64,000 nucleotides of DNA from a virus: the IMG/VR virus record IMGVR_UViG_3300006033_000024, positions 6,159 to 70,158 of that record; one strand, written 5' to 3'. Made by a program: the position numbers and the translations under genes. Below, one piece after another: positions 21,801 to 30,742 of the stretch (within the stretch, counting starts at the first letter, position 1; every line of letters begins with the position of its first letter). The notes beneath the pieces are model-generated. The model saw only the letters and a program-made list of their open reading frames with translations. It was not told the origin of the DNA and searched no databases.

Positions 21801-22051
21801 TTATCACGGATTTTTTCGTCTAAGGATTCAGTAACATAAACTTCCGAAGCGTGAATGTATTTTAATCCCGCTTTTTCGATTGCCTGTTTCTTTGAAAACC
21901 ATCCGAATAGATTTCCATGTTCAGAAAACGCCATTGCGCCCATGCCTAAATTTTTGGCGTATTGGATATAATCGTCAAACTTTGTTACCGAATCGCAACC
22001 CGAAACAAGGGACAAATCGGAATGAAGATGATATGGCGTATAATTTCCCAA
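18872..22051 (-). CDS. dnaE: DNA polymerase III alpha subunit (family C)
   Basis: PHP domain (HLHSDLS, SEHGN, SDTH), GRGS, ADIDTD catalytic motif, KMDILGL, FSSNHSDAY. Confidence 0.96.
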   Translation of the reverse strand: MGNYTPYHLHSDLSLVSGCDSVTKFDDYIQYAKNLGMGAMAFSEHGNLFGWFSKKQAIEKAGLKYIHASEVYVTESLDEKIRDNYHLILIAKNYQGFLELNRLVSKSFNREDGHYYYSPRITFKELFGISDNLILTTACIGGVLGRGSAELQQSMLDYMSANADRCFLEIQHHNVDKQKEYNLRMIEYSKQYGIPLIAGSDTHSLNEKHAEGRVMLQRAKKVFFDDEEGWDLTFKTYDELLDAYAKQGVVDSFIYIDAIENTNRMADMVETFTIDRSNKYPQIYDNPIERFREEVEAAIKLHPTIHKVHTQAKIREVVDTEFDAYVKTGAHEFMLLENYKLQWERANNIHRGVGRGSVNGSFIAYVLGITKMDSIKFDLNFFRFINPDRVSLADIDTDYGSEDRDKVKGFILKDKMNLSNLRSSEIITFNTLALKGSIKDIGRALEMPLDVTDAISNEVEEDENQQQFIDPKWREKYPILFYYVDIVQGTIVSIGSHPSGVLLSDLDIEETIGMCSVAQSDYPVSMLDMKELDALNYVKMDILGLDNIAVINDTCALAGIPLITPDNIDLEDEKVWNSIHSDTAAIFQWNSPMGTQYMNKFFSETTLQRAKEQNAQFSYLKWFSFANGALRPGCASFRDEIAEGKIYDNGMPEINQFFSDTLGRCVFQEQVMKFLTTFCGYSGSEADNVRRAVSKKKGTDKLLPEIERRFVDFVHKKYGYEKDYAHEVIQSFLKVVEDASSYMFSSNHSDAYSYIGYACGYLRHYYPLEFITTALNVFRDKEAKTIEVTNYAAKHGIRVKRPKFRYSKSEYYMDRETNSVYKGLESIKYMNASVADEMQRFYGNKYPDFVALLRDLATTSINTKQLDILIKIGFFNEFGNVAELLQVNNYYAKYGSSKVIKKDTIEDEIIRSIIARNARETDRQYRIDGNIQEILAEIGQYILSLDLPDLSVAEKIQYQKEHLGYVDLSTGKLEDATKLVIVDITAMKTKDKKKIWAYKLETSSLGSGKRSELMLSSRVYDQNPIRKYDIIFTKVDWLEKQTSGKYVNWYLKSYRKVNS

Positions 22052-22069
22052 ACTACCACCTCTTTTCTT

Positions 22070-24073
22070 TTATTCTGGTGTGGCACCGAAAACTTCGGCA
22101 CCGTCGTCTTTGATGTTGGCTACAATCGTTCTTGCCGTATCTTGATCATACTTTATGTTGCTTTCACGCTGCCAACGATACTTAAACTCTTGCTCGCTTT
22201 GATTGCTATACAATCGCATCGTGCGTTTATCATAATACAACTTGCACTTCTTATTTGCCATTCCAGTGGGACGGTCTTTAATGATCTTGATTTCGGTATT
22301 AAACCCTTCGGGGTCAGTATCAAGACGCGTTACCCAAATCATACGGTGGGATAAGTTCGCCAGTTCAGACGCACCGGAAACAGAATAAATCCCCGGCGTT
22401 TCACCCTTGGCAGGCTTCTTAGGATGCGCTACCAAAACCGTGAATACATTGTACTTGTTGGTAAATGCCAGTAGTTTCTTAATGAACTTTGTCTGGCTTT
22501 GGAAACGGTCTTCGCTTTCATCTTCATTCGTGTTGACCGTCATCAAATTGTCGATCAAGAAGACGCGAATATTATAACGTTTATGGGCGTAAACCATTTC
22601 TTTAATGATCTCATCGCCAGAAGCAGATAACGTATCTTTATCGCTAAAGTAAATAATCTTATCATCATAGTATTCTTTAATGCGTTTCTTCGCCTGTTTC
22701 GTAATCGAATATCCGGCAGGATTCCCATCCTTTTGCCAACGTCGAATGTGATCGATACCGGCAAGTGGCTTTAGGATCCAGTTTAACAACTGGGGACTTC
22801 CAAGTTCACCGGAGAAGATCATGGGCTTATACCCTTGTTCCATCGGCGACAAAACGCAAAGTTGATTGGCGAATACCGACTTGCCACTATTCGGTTCGCC
22901 GGATACAATCGTAAAGCATCCCATCAGATTTCCGTACAGGATTTCATCTAACGAACGAAACCCAGTGGATATTTTTTCCATGTCTTCGATTTCAATATCA
23001 TCAACCCTCATCAGAAACGAAAGTTTCTCATTGGGGATTGGTTCGGCATCTTTAACTAAACGACGAATCGTATCTTCGCCACATGCCATCAAAACGCTAT
23101 TCGGATCTGCTTTTGTGACAACACCCTTGAAGTATTTTGACACACGTTCGCGTGTTTCAGTATCTACTTTAACAATACTGCACTTGGCTTCGCCAAGACG
23201 CGTCACAACGTCTTTCGCCATTTTTTGACCCGGTTCATCATCGTCCGGGAAAATGATAAACTGCTCAACCTCTTCGAAGATTTCCCAGTTATGGTCGATC
23301 CATTCAAAGCTGTTGGCGCCATTCGGAACGGCGATGGTGTTTGAGAACCCTGCTTGGACGCAAGATAATCGGTCAACTAATCCTTCAACAATAATGACGG
23401 GGGAAGTCAAGTCAAGTCGATTCATCCCGTATGGGATGGGACAATGGCTAACCGTTTCCCCATCAGATCGTTTGCTTTGCCAAAACCATTTCAGTTCATT
23501 CTTGTTATTGTGGGGATGTGAGATCCGATACTTTGTTCCCAAATGCGTTCCGTCAATATCAATGAATTGGAACGCGATTTCACCCTTTGTCCCCTGCATA
23601 ACATTACAGAAGTCCATCGTCTGTTTGTTGATTCCACGACGTTCCAAATATTGTTCAACGATCTTGCGATCATTAAACGGTTCGTCTTCCGGGTATTTAT
23701 ACCCCAACATACGTTCGGACTTTGACTTCTTACTTTCTTTAATCGTTTTGGGCGACCACTTCTCGTATTTAAAGTCTTTATCGCTTTTTGACGCCTCTTC
23801 AAACAATCGGTTGACGGCATCAAAAAAGGTAAGATTATATTTCCACATGAAGTGATCTAATATATCGTAAGTTTTACCCGTTGCAAAACATTTAAACGTG
23901 TTGCCCTCTGGAAACCACTGCATTGACGCCGTCAATTCACGCTTAAAAATTGACTTTCCTTTTAATTTTTCGGGGTTCCAATCTTCTATCTTTAAGTCAT
24001 CCGCTATTATATGCGCCGCTTTCGTGCCAATAGACATTTTGGCTTCTTGTATTTTATCTTGATCAAATAACAT
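22070..24073 (-). CDS. Primase-helicase fusion (TOPRIM plus SF4 helicase, T7 gp4/Twinkle-like)
   Basis: EGLVD and DDDEPG TOPRIM motifs; GEPNSGKS Walker A; IDNL, VAHPKK, SGASE. Confidence 0.92.
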   Translation of the reverse strand: MLFDQDKIQEAKMSIGTKAAHIIADDLKIEDWNPEKLKGKSIFKRELTASMQWFPEGNTFKCFATGKTYDILDHFMWKYNLTFFDAVNRLFEEASKSDKDFKYEKWSPKTIKESKKSKSERMLGYKYPEDEPFNDRKIVEQYLERRGINKQTMDFCNVMQGTKGEIAFQFIDIDGTHLGTKYRISHPHNNKNELKWFWQSKRSDGETVSHCPIPYGMNRLDLTSPVIIVEGLVDRLSCVQAGFSNTIAVPNGANSFEWIDHNWEIFEEVEQFIIFPDDDEPGQKMAKDVVTRLGEAKCSIVKVDTETRERVSKYFKGVVTKADPNSVLMACGEDTIRRLVKDAEPIPNEKLSFLMRVDDIEIEDMEKISTGFRSLDEILYGNLMGCFTIVSGEPNSGKSVFANQLCVLSPMEQGYKPMIFSGELGSPQLLNWILKPLAGIDHIRRWQKDGNPAGYSITKQAKKRIKEYYDDKIIYFSDKDTLSASGDEIIKEMVYAHKRYNIRVFLIDNLMTVNTNEDESEDRFQSQTKFIKKLLAFTNKYNVFTVLVAHPKKPAKGETPGIYSVSGASELANLSHRMIWVTRLDTDPEGFNTEIKIIKDRPTGMANKKCKLYYDKRTMRLYSNQSEQEFKYRWQRESNIKYDQDTARTIVANIKDDGAEVFGATPE

Positions 24074-24103
24074 GACGCACCTCTTTCAAATTAAACACCT
24101 ATT

Positions 24104-24760
24104 TCATTTTTGTTTGGCAGGTTTTGGACTTCTTCGCCGCCTATCAAACTCGCCAGACAATATAGCATCAACAATTTTTTCTGGCGTATATCCAAGAGAC
24201 AATTTTTTATGTACATACCAATACTCAACATTAAAATGTCGGCAAAAATCTGCCACAGTATATTTTTGATTACCAAAAACAATGATTCTATTATTTCTTC
24301 GGTTATTGTTTTGCACAGTAAGAGTTACCCATCTGCAATTATTCGGACTGTAATCACCGTCCGTATCAATTCTGTCAATAGTCAAATCATTCTCGTAGCC
24401 GTTGTTCGCAGCCCAGTCAAAAAAGTTTTTGCGATCCAACCATTCATCGCATATTTTAATTCCACGACCACCATAGTTGTGATATTCTTTGCAACTATGC
24501 GCATAACATCTTTTCCTCATATTATCGTAGGTTTGATACAACCTTGATTGTCTCAGGCCGTGTGTAACAAAAGTGTCATATAATAAACAACCACAACTTC
24601 TAACCCAACTTCTTCTCAAGTCACACGTAGTAACTTCTTTGTGACCACCACAATCACAATCGCATAGCCATATTGCATTGCCATTCTTATCAGAATGTAG
24701 ATATTTAATAGCTGTAAGTTTGCCAAATTTTTGTCCGGTTAAATCAATCCGCTTGACCAT
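24104..24760 (-). CDS. Free-standing HNH-like homing endonuclease
   Basis: DLTGQKFGKL, WLCDCDCG, SCGC, YGGRGIKICDEW, LTIDRIDTDGDYSPNNCRW..QNNN. Confidence 0.8.
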   Translation of the reverse strand: MVKRIDLTGQKFGKLTAIKYLHSDKNGNAIWLCDCDCGGHKEVTTCDLRRSWVRSCGCLLYDTFVTHGLRQSRLYQTYDNMRKRCYAHSCKEYHNYGGRGIKICDEWLDRKNFFDWAANNGYENDLTIDRIDTDGDYSPNNCRWVTLTVQNNNRRNNRIIVFGNQKYTVADFCRHFNVEYWYVHKKLSLGYTPEKIVDAILSGEFDRRRRSPKPAKQK

Positions 24761-24769
24761 ATGCTCCTC

Positions 24770-25576
24770 CTAATACTTCGTCATCAATTCCTGTTCGCGA
24801 TACATGCAATCAAATGGCATTGCCGAACAGATTTCCCTACAAAAGAAACGCTTATTCTTTTCGTCCGACTGGTTGCGCGCAAGATCCACGGACATTGGAT
24901 ATTCTTCTGCCGATTCGATGCGTTCAATGACATCAAACAACCAAACGATCGCCTCTTCCAACTTGGATTCATCGAAGATTTCTTCAACCATATCGTCCTT
25001 ACGGAATAGATGTAGGTTTATCTTGGTCGGATACTTGCCATACTCTTTCTTAATATATAACGAATATAAATACAATTGTCTAAAATACTCGTTCTTTTCT
25101 TTCTTAGATTTAAAGCCACTCTTACTCTTGTAATCATAGATCATCAAATCGTCGCCCTGCATCGCAAGACGGTCAATGATTCCGGTAAATCGAATCTCCT
25201 TGCCATTATGCTCAATATCAATTTCAAACTTCTTTTCAACTTCTTTGGTCGGTTCGGTAAACCCTGCGAAGTTCTGAAAGAAACTTAGCCCTTCCATGAA
25301 GTATTTCTCATCTAACGGCGTTTTCAAAAAAGGCATAACAGGAAACGGAAGGGTTACGTTGTTCGCGTAACCCTCCTCGTAAATAGACGCCATTTCGAAG
25401 ATGGCAATCTCGCCCTTTGCGTATCGCTCAAAGATTTCATGGCAGAACTTGCCATATTGAGAAAACACATTGGGTTGATCCTTTATTTTTTTAACGTATT
25501 TGAGATAATACAACCATGGGCAAGATTCAAACAGACTGACACGGCTATATGACCATGTGTTCTTGCCCGTTGCCAT
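24770..25576 (-). CDS. PD-(D/E)XK nuclease (RecB/Cas4-like)
   Basis: WSYSRVSLFESCP, G..CH..FE, GIIDRL, DYKS, QLYLY, C-terminal Cys cluster. Confidence 0.88.
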   Translation of the reverse strand: MATGKNTWSYSRVSLFESCPWLYYLKYVKKIKDQPNVFSQYGKFCHEIFERYAKGEIAIFEMASIYEEGYANNVTLPFPVMPFLKTPLDEKYFMEGLSFFQNFAGFTEPTKEVEKKFEIDIEHNGKEIRFTGIIDRLAMQGDDLMIYDYKSKSGFKSKKEKNEYFRQLYLYSLYIKKEYGKYPTKINLHLFRKDDMVEEIFDESKLEEAIVWLFDVIERIESAEEYPMSVDLARNQSDEKNKRFFCREICSAMPFDCMYREQELMTKY

Positions 25577-26050
25577 TTAGAACGGCAAGTCGTCACTATT
25601 GATGTCTAACAAAGGCCCAGTATTAGTCGAATCACCCTCGTCGGAAGGTGCCAACGCCGCCGGTTGATTGGACGGTTTCGATTGTGCGCGTGTGGTCGGT
25701 TTTGCCGAATGATCCGGCGCACTACCGGCGTTTCCACTGGTGGTAATGGCTTTAACTTCATCAACCAAGAACTTTGTAGATGTTACCGTATGTCCGTCTT
25801 TTTCGTATTTTTCAACACGGGCGCGGGCACTGACAATAATCAGATCGCCTTTTTTGGCGTACTTGCCAAGATAGTTTGCCGAATGATTCCATGCAGCAAA
25901 GTTAAGGAAAGTAACGATGTCGTCCTTATCCTTGCCTGCATATTCGTTGATAGCGATCGAAAAGTTACATACTTCCGATTCGCCAGCTTTGCGGATTTCG
26001 GGGTCGGCAGTTAACCGACCGATGAATGAACAACTGTTATTTAGTCCCAT
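25577..26050 (-). CDS. ssb: Single-stranded DNA-binding protein
   Basis: IGRLTADPEIR OB-fold start and acidic DDLPF tail. Confidence 0.95.
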   Translation of the reverse strand: MGLNNSCSFIGRLTADPEIRKAGESEVCNFSIAINEYAGKDKDDIVTFLNFAAWNHSANYLGKYAKKGDLIIVSARARVEKYEKDGHTVTSTKFLVDEVKAITTSGNAGSAPDHSAKPTTRAQSKPSNQPAALAPSDEGDSTNTGPLLDINSDDLPF

Positions 26051-26053
26051 GTT

Positions 26054-27055
26054 TTACTCTCCTTTTTGGGGAACGATTTCTTCAAGTTCCTTGATTAAAT
26101 TCGTTAATGCTTCTGGATCTGTAACCGACAACGGGTTTCCACCGGATTGCGGCGCGTGTTTGACGACCAACCCAACGGCTTGGTCACGGACTTCTTTGGA
26201 TACGCCAGACGCTAACTTGCATAATCCCAACGCTTTTTGTTGCAACGCAGGAATATCAAATTCGACTTCACTTGCCTTACGGACGGCGACTGTTTTTTCA
26301 ACAGTGGATTCTGGTGCTTGCAAACGCCATTTCTGCAATTGACGTCCATGTTTCGGTTCGATGATGAACGATTGTTGATCGAACAATCCTGTACGGTCTT
26401 TGGCGCCAAACGCCGTATGGTCACTGTCAATTTCAAGGAATGTCGTGAATTCAAATTCAAGACCTTCGCGGAAAATAGGTGCCAACCCGATCTTACGAAC
26501 GGTCGTCTTGCCGTTGCCGTCTTTTTCTTGGACGTATTCGGTTTTAGCGCGGGTCGTAACGATAACGTGCAAATGACTTTGCAACATTCTATCGACCAAC
26601 CGATTGTGCTTCGGCGTAATATCTCTCCACGCCGTGTAGCTGTTGCCGGAACGTTTCGCGGCAGCGCCCTGTTGATCTAACAACCCACCCTCACCAGTCC
26701 AAGCGTGGCTTAAACTATCAATGACAATGGCTAACAGCCCTGCATCTTCGCAAATATCAATGCCATCCGTATACTTTTCCGGTGTAAAGGGAGGTTCAAT
26801 ATCGATCGAATTGTATTCCCCAATTGTAACCCCATGGATTTTACGTCCTACATACAAACTGCCCGATCCGTTTTCGGTATCAATGACGGCAATTTTATTC
26901 CAAATCTCTTCGTCCGTCCACTTGGGATTTTCTTCTTTGATCATGCCATAGGCTAACAATAACGCAGATAACGTTTTGCCAGATCCAGATGCACCAGATA
27001 ATCCAATCTTTAGAAATGCCCGCGATCTAGCCGCCTTTTTTAATACTACACTCAT
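26054..27055 (-). CDS. AAA_24 / Sak4-like ATPase (recombination)
   Basis: GASGSGKT Walker A, VIDTENGS, IDSLSHAW; adjacent to ssb and the nuclease. Confidence 0.85.
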   Translation of the reverse strand: MSVVLKKAARSRAFLKIGLSGASGSGKTLSALLLAYGMIKEENPKWTDEEIWNKIAVIDTENGSGSLYVGRKIHGVTIGEYNSIDIEPPFTPEKYTDGIDICEDAGLLAIVIDSLSHAWTGEGGLLDQQGAAAKRSGNSYTAWRDITPKHNRLVDRMLQSHLHVIVTTRAKTEYVQEKDGNGKTTVRKIGLAPIFREGLEFEFTTFLEIDSDHTAFGAKDRTGLFDQQSFIIEPKHGRQLQKWRLQAPESTVEKTVAVRKASEVEFDIPALQQKALGLCKLASGVSKEVRDQAVGLVVKHAPQSGGNPLSVTDPEALTNLIKELEEIVPQKGE

Positions 27056-27076
27056 GTTTTTCTTGTTCCTCCGTTT

Positions 27077-27340
27077 TTAATCCGTAAACACTGCGTCTTC
27101 TAATAATTCGTCGTCTTCTGCATCACTTTCGGCTTTTCCTCTAGGATCCAAGTAGATCGCTAAATCACTTGGGTTCTTGCCTTCAAGAATACCAAGGGCA
27201 ATGCAAAACGGTGTTTCATCGTCCGTTTCGCCATCGGGGACTACTTCATCTTCAAAATAATGTCTCAAATTCTGAAATAATTGCTTTGCAACTTGAATAT
27301 CAATGGTAAGTTGCGTAGACTTAGATGTGGTAAGTTTCAT
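27077..27340 (-). CDS. Acidic hypothetical protein, first gene of the replication operon
   Basis: RBS GAGGAGG; downstream of a consensus promoter. Confidence 0.7.
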   Translation of the reverse strand: MKLTTSKSTQLTIDIQVAKQLFQNLRHYFEDEVVPDGETDDETPFCIALGILEGKNPSDLAIYLDPRGKAESDAEDDELLEDAVFTD

Positions 27341-27357
27341 TTATTTCCTCCTCACAC

Positions 27358-27386
27358 ATTATACACTTAAAATCGTTCGGTGTCAA
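27358..27386 (-). promoter_or_regulatory. SigA-type promoter for the replication operon
   Basis: TTGACA-17 bp-TATAAT, perfect consensus on the minus strand. Confidence 0.88.
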
Positions 27387-27559
27387 CAGCCTTTCGTTTC
27401 CGATCATATTTTTTCCGGTTCTTGAAGACGTGACCCGATTTCTTTGTCCAGTTATGATACGTCGTCAGTTCTCGTTGTGACATGCCAGTTCTCGTTAATT
27501 TAGGTTTCATTTTCATGGTGATTAACCCCCTTAAAGTTGTTTGTGGCTTTCTGTACGAA

Positions 27560-27625
27560 TGTACAAGCGACGTTTGACGTTAGGTAGGGTATTTATACCT
27601 ACCAAGATTTACGCACGTCCTACAC
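27560..27625. repeat. Dispersed ~65-bp element, copy A
   Basis: TGTACAAGCG..TTTGACGTTAGGTAGGGTA..CCAAGATTTAC..CACGTCCTACAC. Confidence 0.75.
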
Positions 27626-27853
27626 ACTATTTTTTAATAATAACGGACGGACACGGTAGATTGTTCCATCTGCGGCGATAATACCTTTGGAATCATTTCC
27701 AATTGCGTTCTGATCTCCAATTTGACGATTGACGAAAGCATCAGCCTCGCGTTCGCTTGTATAGCACACATCCGAAATCTTATATCCGGTCGCGCACATG
27801 ATCTCTACGATATAGATGTTCATAGCGTTTTGACGTACTTGTATTGTCGCCAA
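27620..27853 (-). CDS. Hypothetical protein
   Basis: ORF in operon context; real start probably MNIYIVE at 27823. Confidence 0.5.
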   Translation of the reverse strand: MATIQVRQNAMNIYIVEIMCATGYKISDVCYTSEREADAFVNRQIGDQNAIGNDSKGIIAADGTIYRVRPLLLKNSV

Positions 27854-28119
27854 TACTTCGCCGGATCCTTATGGTACAATTCCGTGATAACAAAGTCAAA
27901 GTCTAAATTTAATACGTCAATAAAGTCAGTATCAAATAATTCTGAGTAAGCCTTTTTCATACGCATAGGGAATGTGGTGCAGATCAAGTAATCAGCCACC
28001 TCTTTCAACGGTGCGTTAGACACATCGTGCATAGTAATTACTTGTAAAAGCAAGTCGTTATACCCCATATTACATAACTTTGCAATATATTTGAATTGCT
28101 TCTTTTGTCTTCGTGTCAT
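27820..28119 (-). CDS. Hypothetical protein
   Basis: RBS GGAGGA; downstream of the recombinase. Confidence 0.6.
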   Translation of the reverse strand: MTRRQKKQFKYIAKLCNMGYNDLLLQVITMHDVSNAPLKEVADYLICTTFPMRMKKAYSELFDTDFIDVLNLDFDFVITELYHKDPAKYWRQYKYVKTL

Positions 28120-28130
28120 ATTTTGTCCTC

Positions 28131-29015
28131 CTACTGAAACATTTTGTTCAGTTTTGTTGCTTCAATAATCATACGATCATCGGTATGTGCATAGCGTTGT
28201 GTGGTTGAAATATCGGAATGACCAAGTAAATCTTGAATCAAACGGATGTCAACCCCGTTGCGCAACGCATTGGTCGCAAACGAATGTCTGAACAAATGGT
28301 TGTGAACGCGTTCCGGGTTTTTAATCCCTGCTTTGCGCGCTAAACTTTGAAGTTTACGGTTCATGGAATAATTGTCCAATTCCGTTCCTTCTCTACTTAC
28401 TAAAAGATAGTCAAGTTTACTTTCGGGACGTTCAAAGTTGAAATAACGATCAAACTCTGCCATCGTCATTGGAGGAATGAACTTCATCATTTCTTTGTTA
28501 CCCTTGCCGATAACACGAACCTTGCCCCATACATTCCCATCTTCTTCAAATCGTTCGATGTCTTCATAACGCACATGCGCCAATTCGCTAAAACGCATGC
28601 CGGTGGATGCTAACCCCATTACGAACGCCCGGTCGAACGCCGAACGCGCAGCTTGGATGATCCGTTCTACTTCGTCGTCTTGTAGAAAATCCGTATAACG
28701 CCGACCGACTTTAACCAATTCCTTATCGGCAGGATTTTCATCCAAAGCCACTTTCAACGTCTTCATCAGAAACTCATAGAAAACTTTGATGGCCGTGATA
28801 TAGGTGTTCATCGAACTATCTGAAACGCCATGATCATGCAAGTACGATTTGTAGTAAATGAAATCTTCCTTCGTAACTTCCGTCAACGGTTTGTCAACAA
28901 ACTCTGCCAACTTACGCACACTACGTTCATAGTATTCGACCGTATTCGGCGATACCTTATCATTATTCAGTTTCTTTACAAATAACGCGATTTGTTTCTG
29001 GTTGATTTCTAACAT
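28131..29015 (-). CDS. XerC/XerD-like tyrosine recombinase
   Basis: Complete catalytic set: TGMRFSE, GKGNK, HLFRH, LGH, TQRY; N-terminal core-binding domain; no arm-binding extension (294 aa). Confidence 0.94.
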   Translation of the reverse strand: MLEINQKQIALFVKKLNNDKVSPNTVEYYERSVRKLAEFVDKPLTEVTKEDFIYYKSYLHDHGVSDSSMNTYITAIKVFYEFLMKTLKVALDENPADKELVKVGRRYTDFLQDDEVERIIQAARSAFDRAFVMGLASTGMRFSELAHVRYEDIERFEEDGNVWGKVRVIGKGNKEMMKFIPPMTMAEFDRYFNFERPESKLDYLLVSREGTELDNYSMNRKLQSLARKAGIKNPERVHNHLFRHSFATNALRNGVDIRLIQDLLGHSDISTTQRYAHTDDRMIIEATKLNKMFQ

Positions 29016-29039
29016 AACTACCTCCTTGTTTATGTAGGT

Positions 29040-29068
29040 ATTATATCATAATGTAGGGATTATGTCAA
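29040..29068 (-). promoter_or_regulatory. SigA-type promoter (extended -10) for the recombinase
   Basis: TTGACA-17 bp-TATAAT with TGn before the -10. Confidence 0.88.
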
Positions 29069-30186
29069 CTACTAAGAATCTCTTTTGCCATTTTTGTATC
29101 ACGGATTGCCGCCAAAACCATTTTACGGATCCGTTCATGCGAACATCCACTTTCTTTGGCTAAGGCACGATAACTTTTATTCTCATAAAAGTGTCCGATT
29201 GCCCAATCGCGAATCGTATCATCATCAATCTGGAAGATGATGGTTTGTGCTGCGTCTTTCGCGCAGTTCTTGTAAAACTCTATCCTTGCATCATACCGTT
29301 CATCCGGTATGGCATCTAACAAGGTATCGGTCGTATCGCAATGCAATGGCGCGTCTAATTGAATCGCATCTGCCAACAGATCTAAACGTTGTTTCAACGT
29401 CCGGTAAGTGGCAATGATTTGATTGCGAATACACATGATGGCGTAAGTCGAAAACTTCAACCCACGTTCCTTATCAAAGGATCGAACAGCATTGATCAAC
29501 CCGATGCAACCCACTTGGTAAACGTCGTCGTATTCATCTAAAAATTCCAGCTTGTAATGCTTGATGGCAAAGTGAACTAACGATAGGTTACTTCGTACTA
29601 CGGATTCTTCTTTTGGATCCACTAAACAAGCCACAAAGTCCGTGGTCAATTCGTCCAACGTCGTATTCTTGCCGTTGTACAAAACATAATCAACTTCACC
29701 ATAAATGAAATCAAAGTCAAACACTTTTGAATCGTCTTGTTGACGTCGATCCCATTCAATCTGATCAAACCCCGGACGTTGTTGCGCACGGAATCTCCGT
29801 ACTTCTTCCGGTGAATCAATAAAGAACGATACGACACGATCGCCGTAGTGTTCAACAAACCCACGCAGTCCAATAGGATCTAACACAATGACACATGGTG
29901 CGTCTGGGATGTCTTTAAATGCACATCCATAATACCATGTTGCCGGAATACCACCGACCAACGTATGATAGTCGCGATGTTCGATCAATTCGTTATTCTC
30001 AATCATTTTCAAAAACGTTTCGTTATCCTTGAAATGATACGCCCTGCCATCAATCTCTGATGGTCGCTTGGGGCGCGTGGTTGTGGATACGATGACCTCA
30101 CAACCCAACACCCTTGCGATTTTCCATTGTAGGGTATCTTTCCCCGACGAACTCATACCGCATAAAACAATTATTTTATTTTCCAT
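29065..30186 (-). CDS. Guanylate kinase fused to a sigma-70-family domain
   Basis: N-term GMSSSGKD, STTTRPKRPSEIDGRAYHF; C-term NLSLVHF, DDVYQVGCIGLINAVRSFD..KFSTYA, region 4 SYRALAKESGCSHERIR. Confidence 0.85.
   Translation of the reverse strand: MENKIIVLCGMSSSGKDTLQWKIARVLGCEVIVSTTTRPKRPSEIDGRAYHFKDNETFLKMIENNELIEHRDYHTLVGGIPATWYYGCAFKDIPDAPCVIVLDPIGLRGFVEHYGDRVVSFFIDSPEEVRRFRAQQRPGFDQIEWDRRQQDDSKVFDFDFIYGEVDYVLYNGKNTTLDELTTDFVACLVDPKEESVVRSNLSLVHFAIKHYKLEFLDEYDDVYQVGCIGLINAVRSFDKERGLKFSTYAIMCIRNQIIATYRTLKQRLDLLADAIQLDAPLHCDTTDTLLDAIPDERYDARIEFYKNCAKDAAQTIIFQIDDDTIRDWAIGHFYENKSYRALAKESGCSHERIRKMVLAAIRDTKMAKEILSS
30162..30179. repeat. ATAAAA-N6-TTTTAT site (CAATTA)
   Basis: Within the first codons of the kinase-sigma gene. 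Confidence 0.75.
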
Positions 30187-30188
30187 AC

Positions 30189-30740
30189 CTACCTCGTTTC
30201 ATACACCTTCGTTAATCCACTTGTGTAAATATCAAACTTCGCAGCACATTGAATTGCTTCTTTAAGAATAGATGGTACTTTGGTTGGATCGGTCAATTCT
30301 TTGCGTTTGCCATACATGAACCCTTCGGCATACGAAGATCCACTCCCGACCGAAACCATATCTTCCGTAATCAACGCCGGCGAATAGACTGGATCATATA
30401 CAACTAATAACCCTTTATAGCCAACCAATATTACTTGACCTTCACAATCGCAATCATCAAGGATTTCCTTTAATATAAAAGGTAAATCACCAAACAACAT
30501 CTTTTTCACTTGGGCTTTGCCCAACTTGTTTAACGATGAAATCCATTCCGGCAATTCCTCATCGTATCGCAACCGTTGTATGGATTGTAACGACCCAACG
30601 AGACCAATCAACATATCGCCAATCTTAATAATCTTCGAATCACCACTGTCTAATTTTTCTGGACGCGCCCCACGCGTTGCTTGGGTATCGCTAACCATAT
30701 AGATTACATCATTCTGTTTGAATCCAAGAATCGTTGACAT
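30189..30740 (-). CDS. Proteasome-beta/HslV-like Ntn hydrolase
   Basis: MSTILG..SDTQAT N-terminus, KI motif, SVGSGSSYAEG, DIYTSG. Confidence 0.75.
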   Translation of the reverse strand: MSTILGFKQNDVIYMVSDTQATRGARPEKLDSGDSKIIKIGDMLIGLVGSLQSIQRLRYDEELPEWISSLNKLGKAQVKKMLFGDLPFILKEILDDCDCEGQVILVGYKGLLVVYDPVYSPALITEDMVSVGSGSSYAEGFMYGKRKELTDPTKVPSILKEAIQCAAKFDIYTSGLTKVYETR

Positions 30741-30742
30741 GT

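Noticed and set aside
18872-22051. Intein or intron in dnaE
   Set aside because: The length is normal, motifs are contiguous and no splice-junction motifs were seen.
24770-25576. Cas4 as evidence of a CRISPR system
   Set aside because: The nuclease sits with SSB and a Sak4-like ATPase in a standard phage recombination module; there is no cas1 or cas2.
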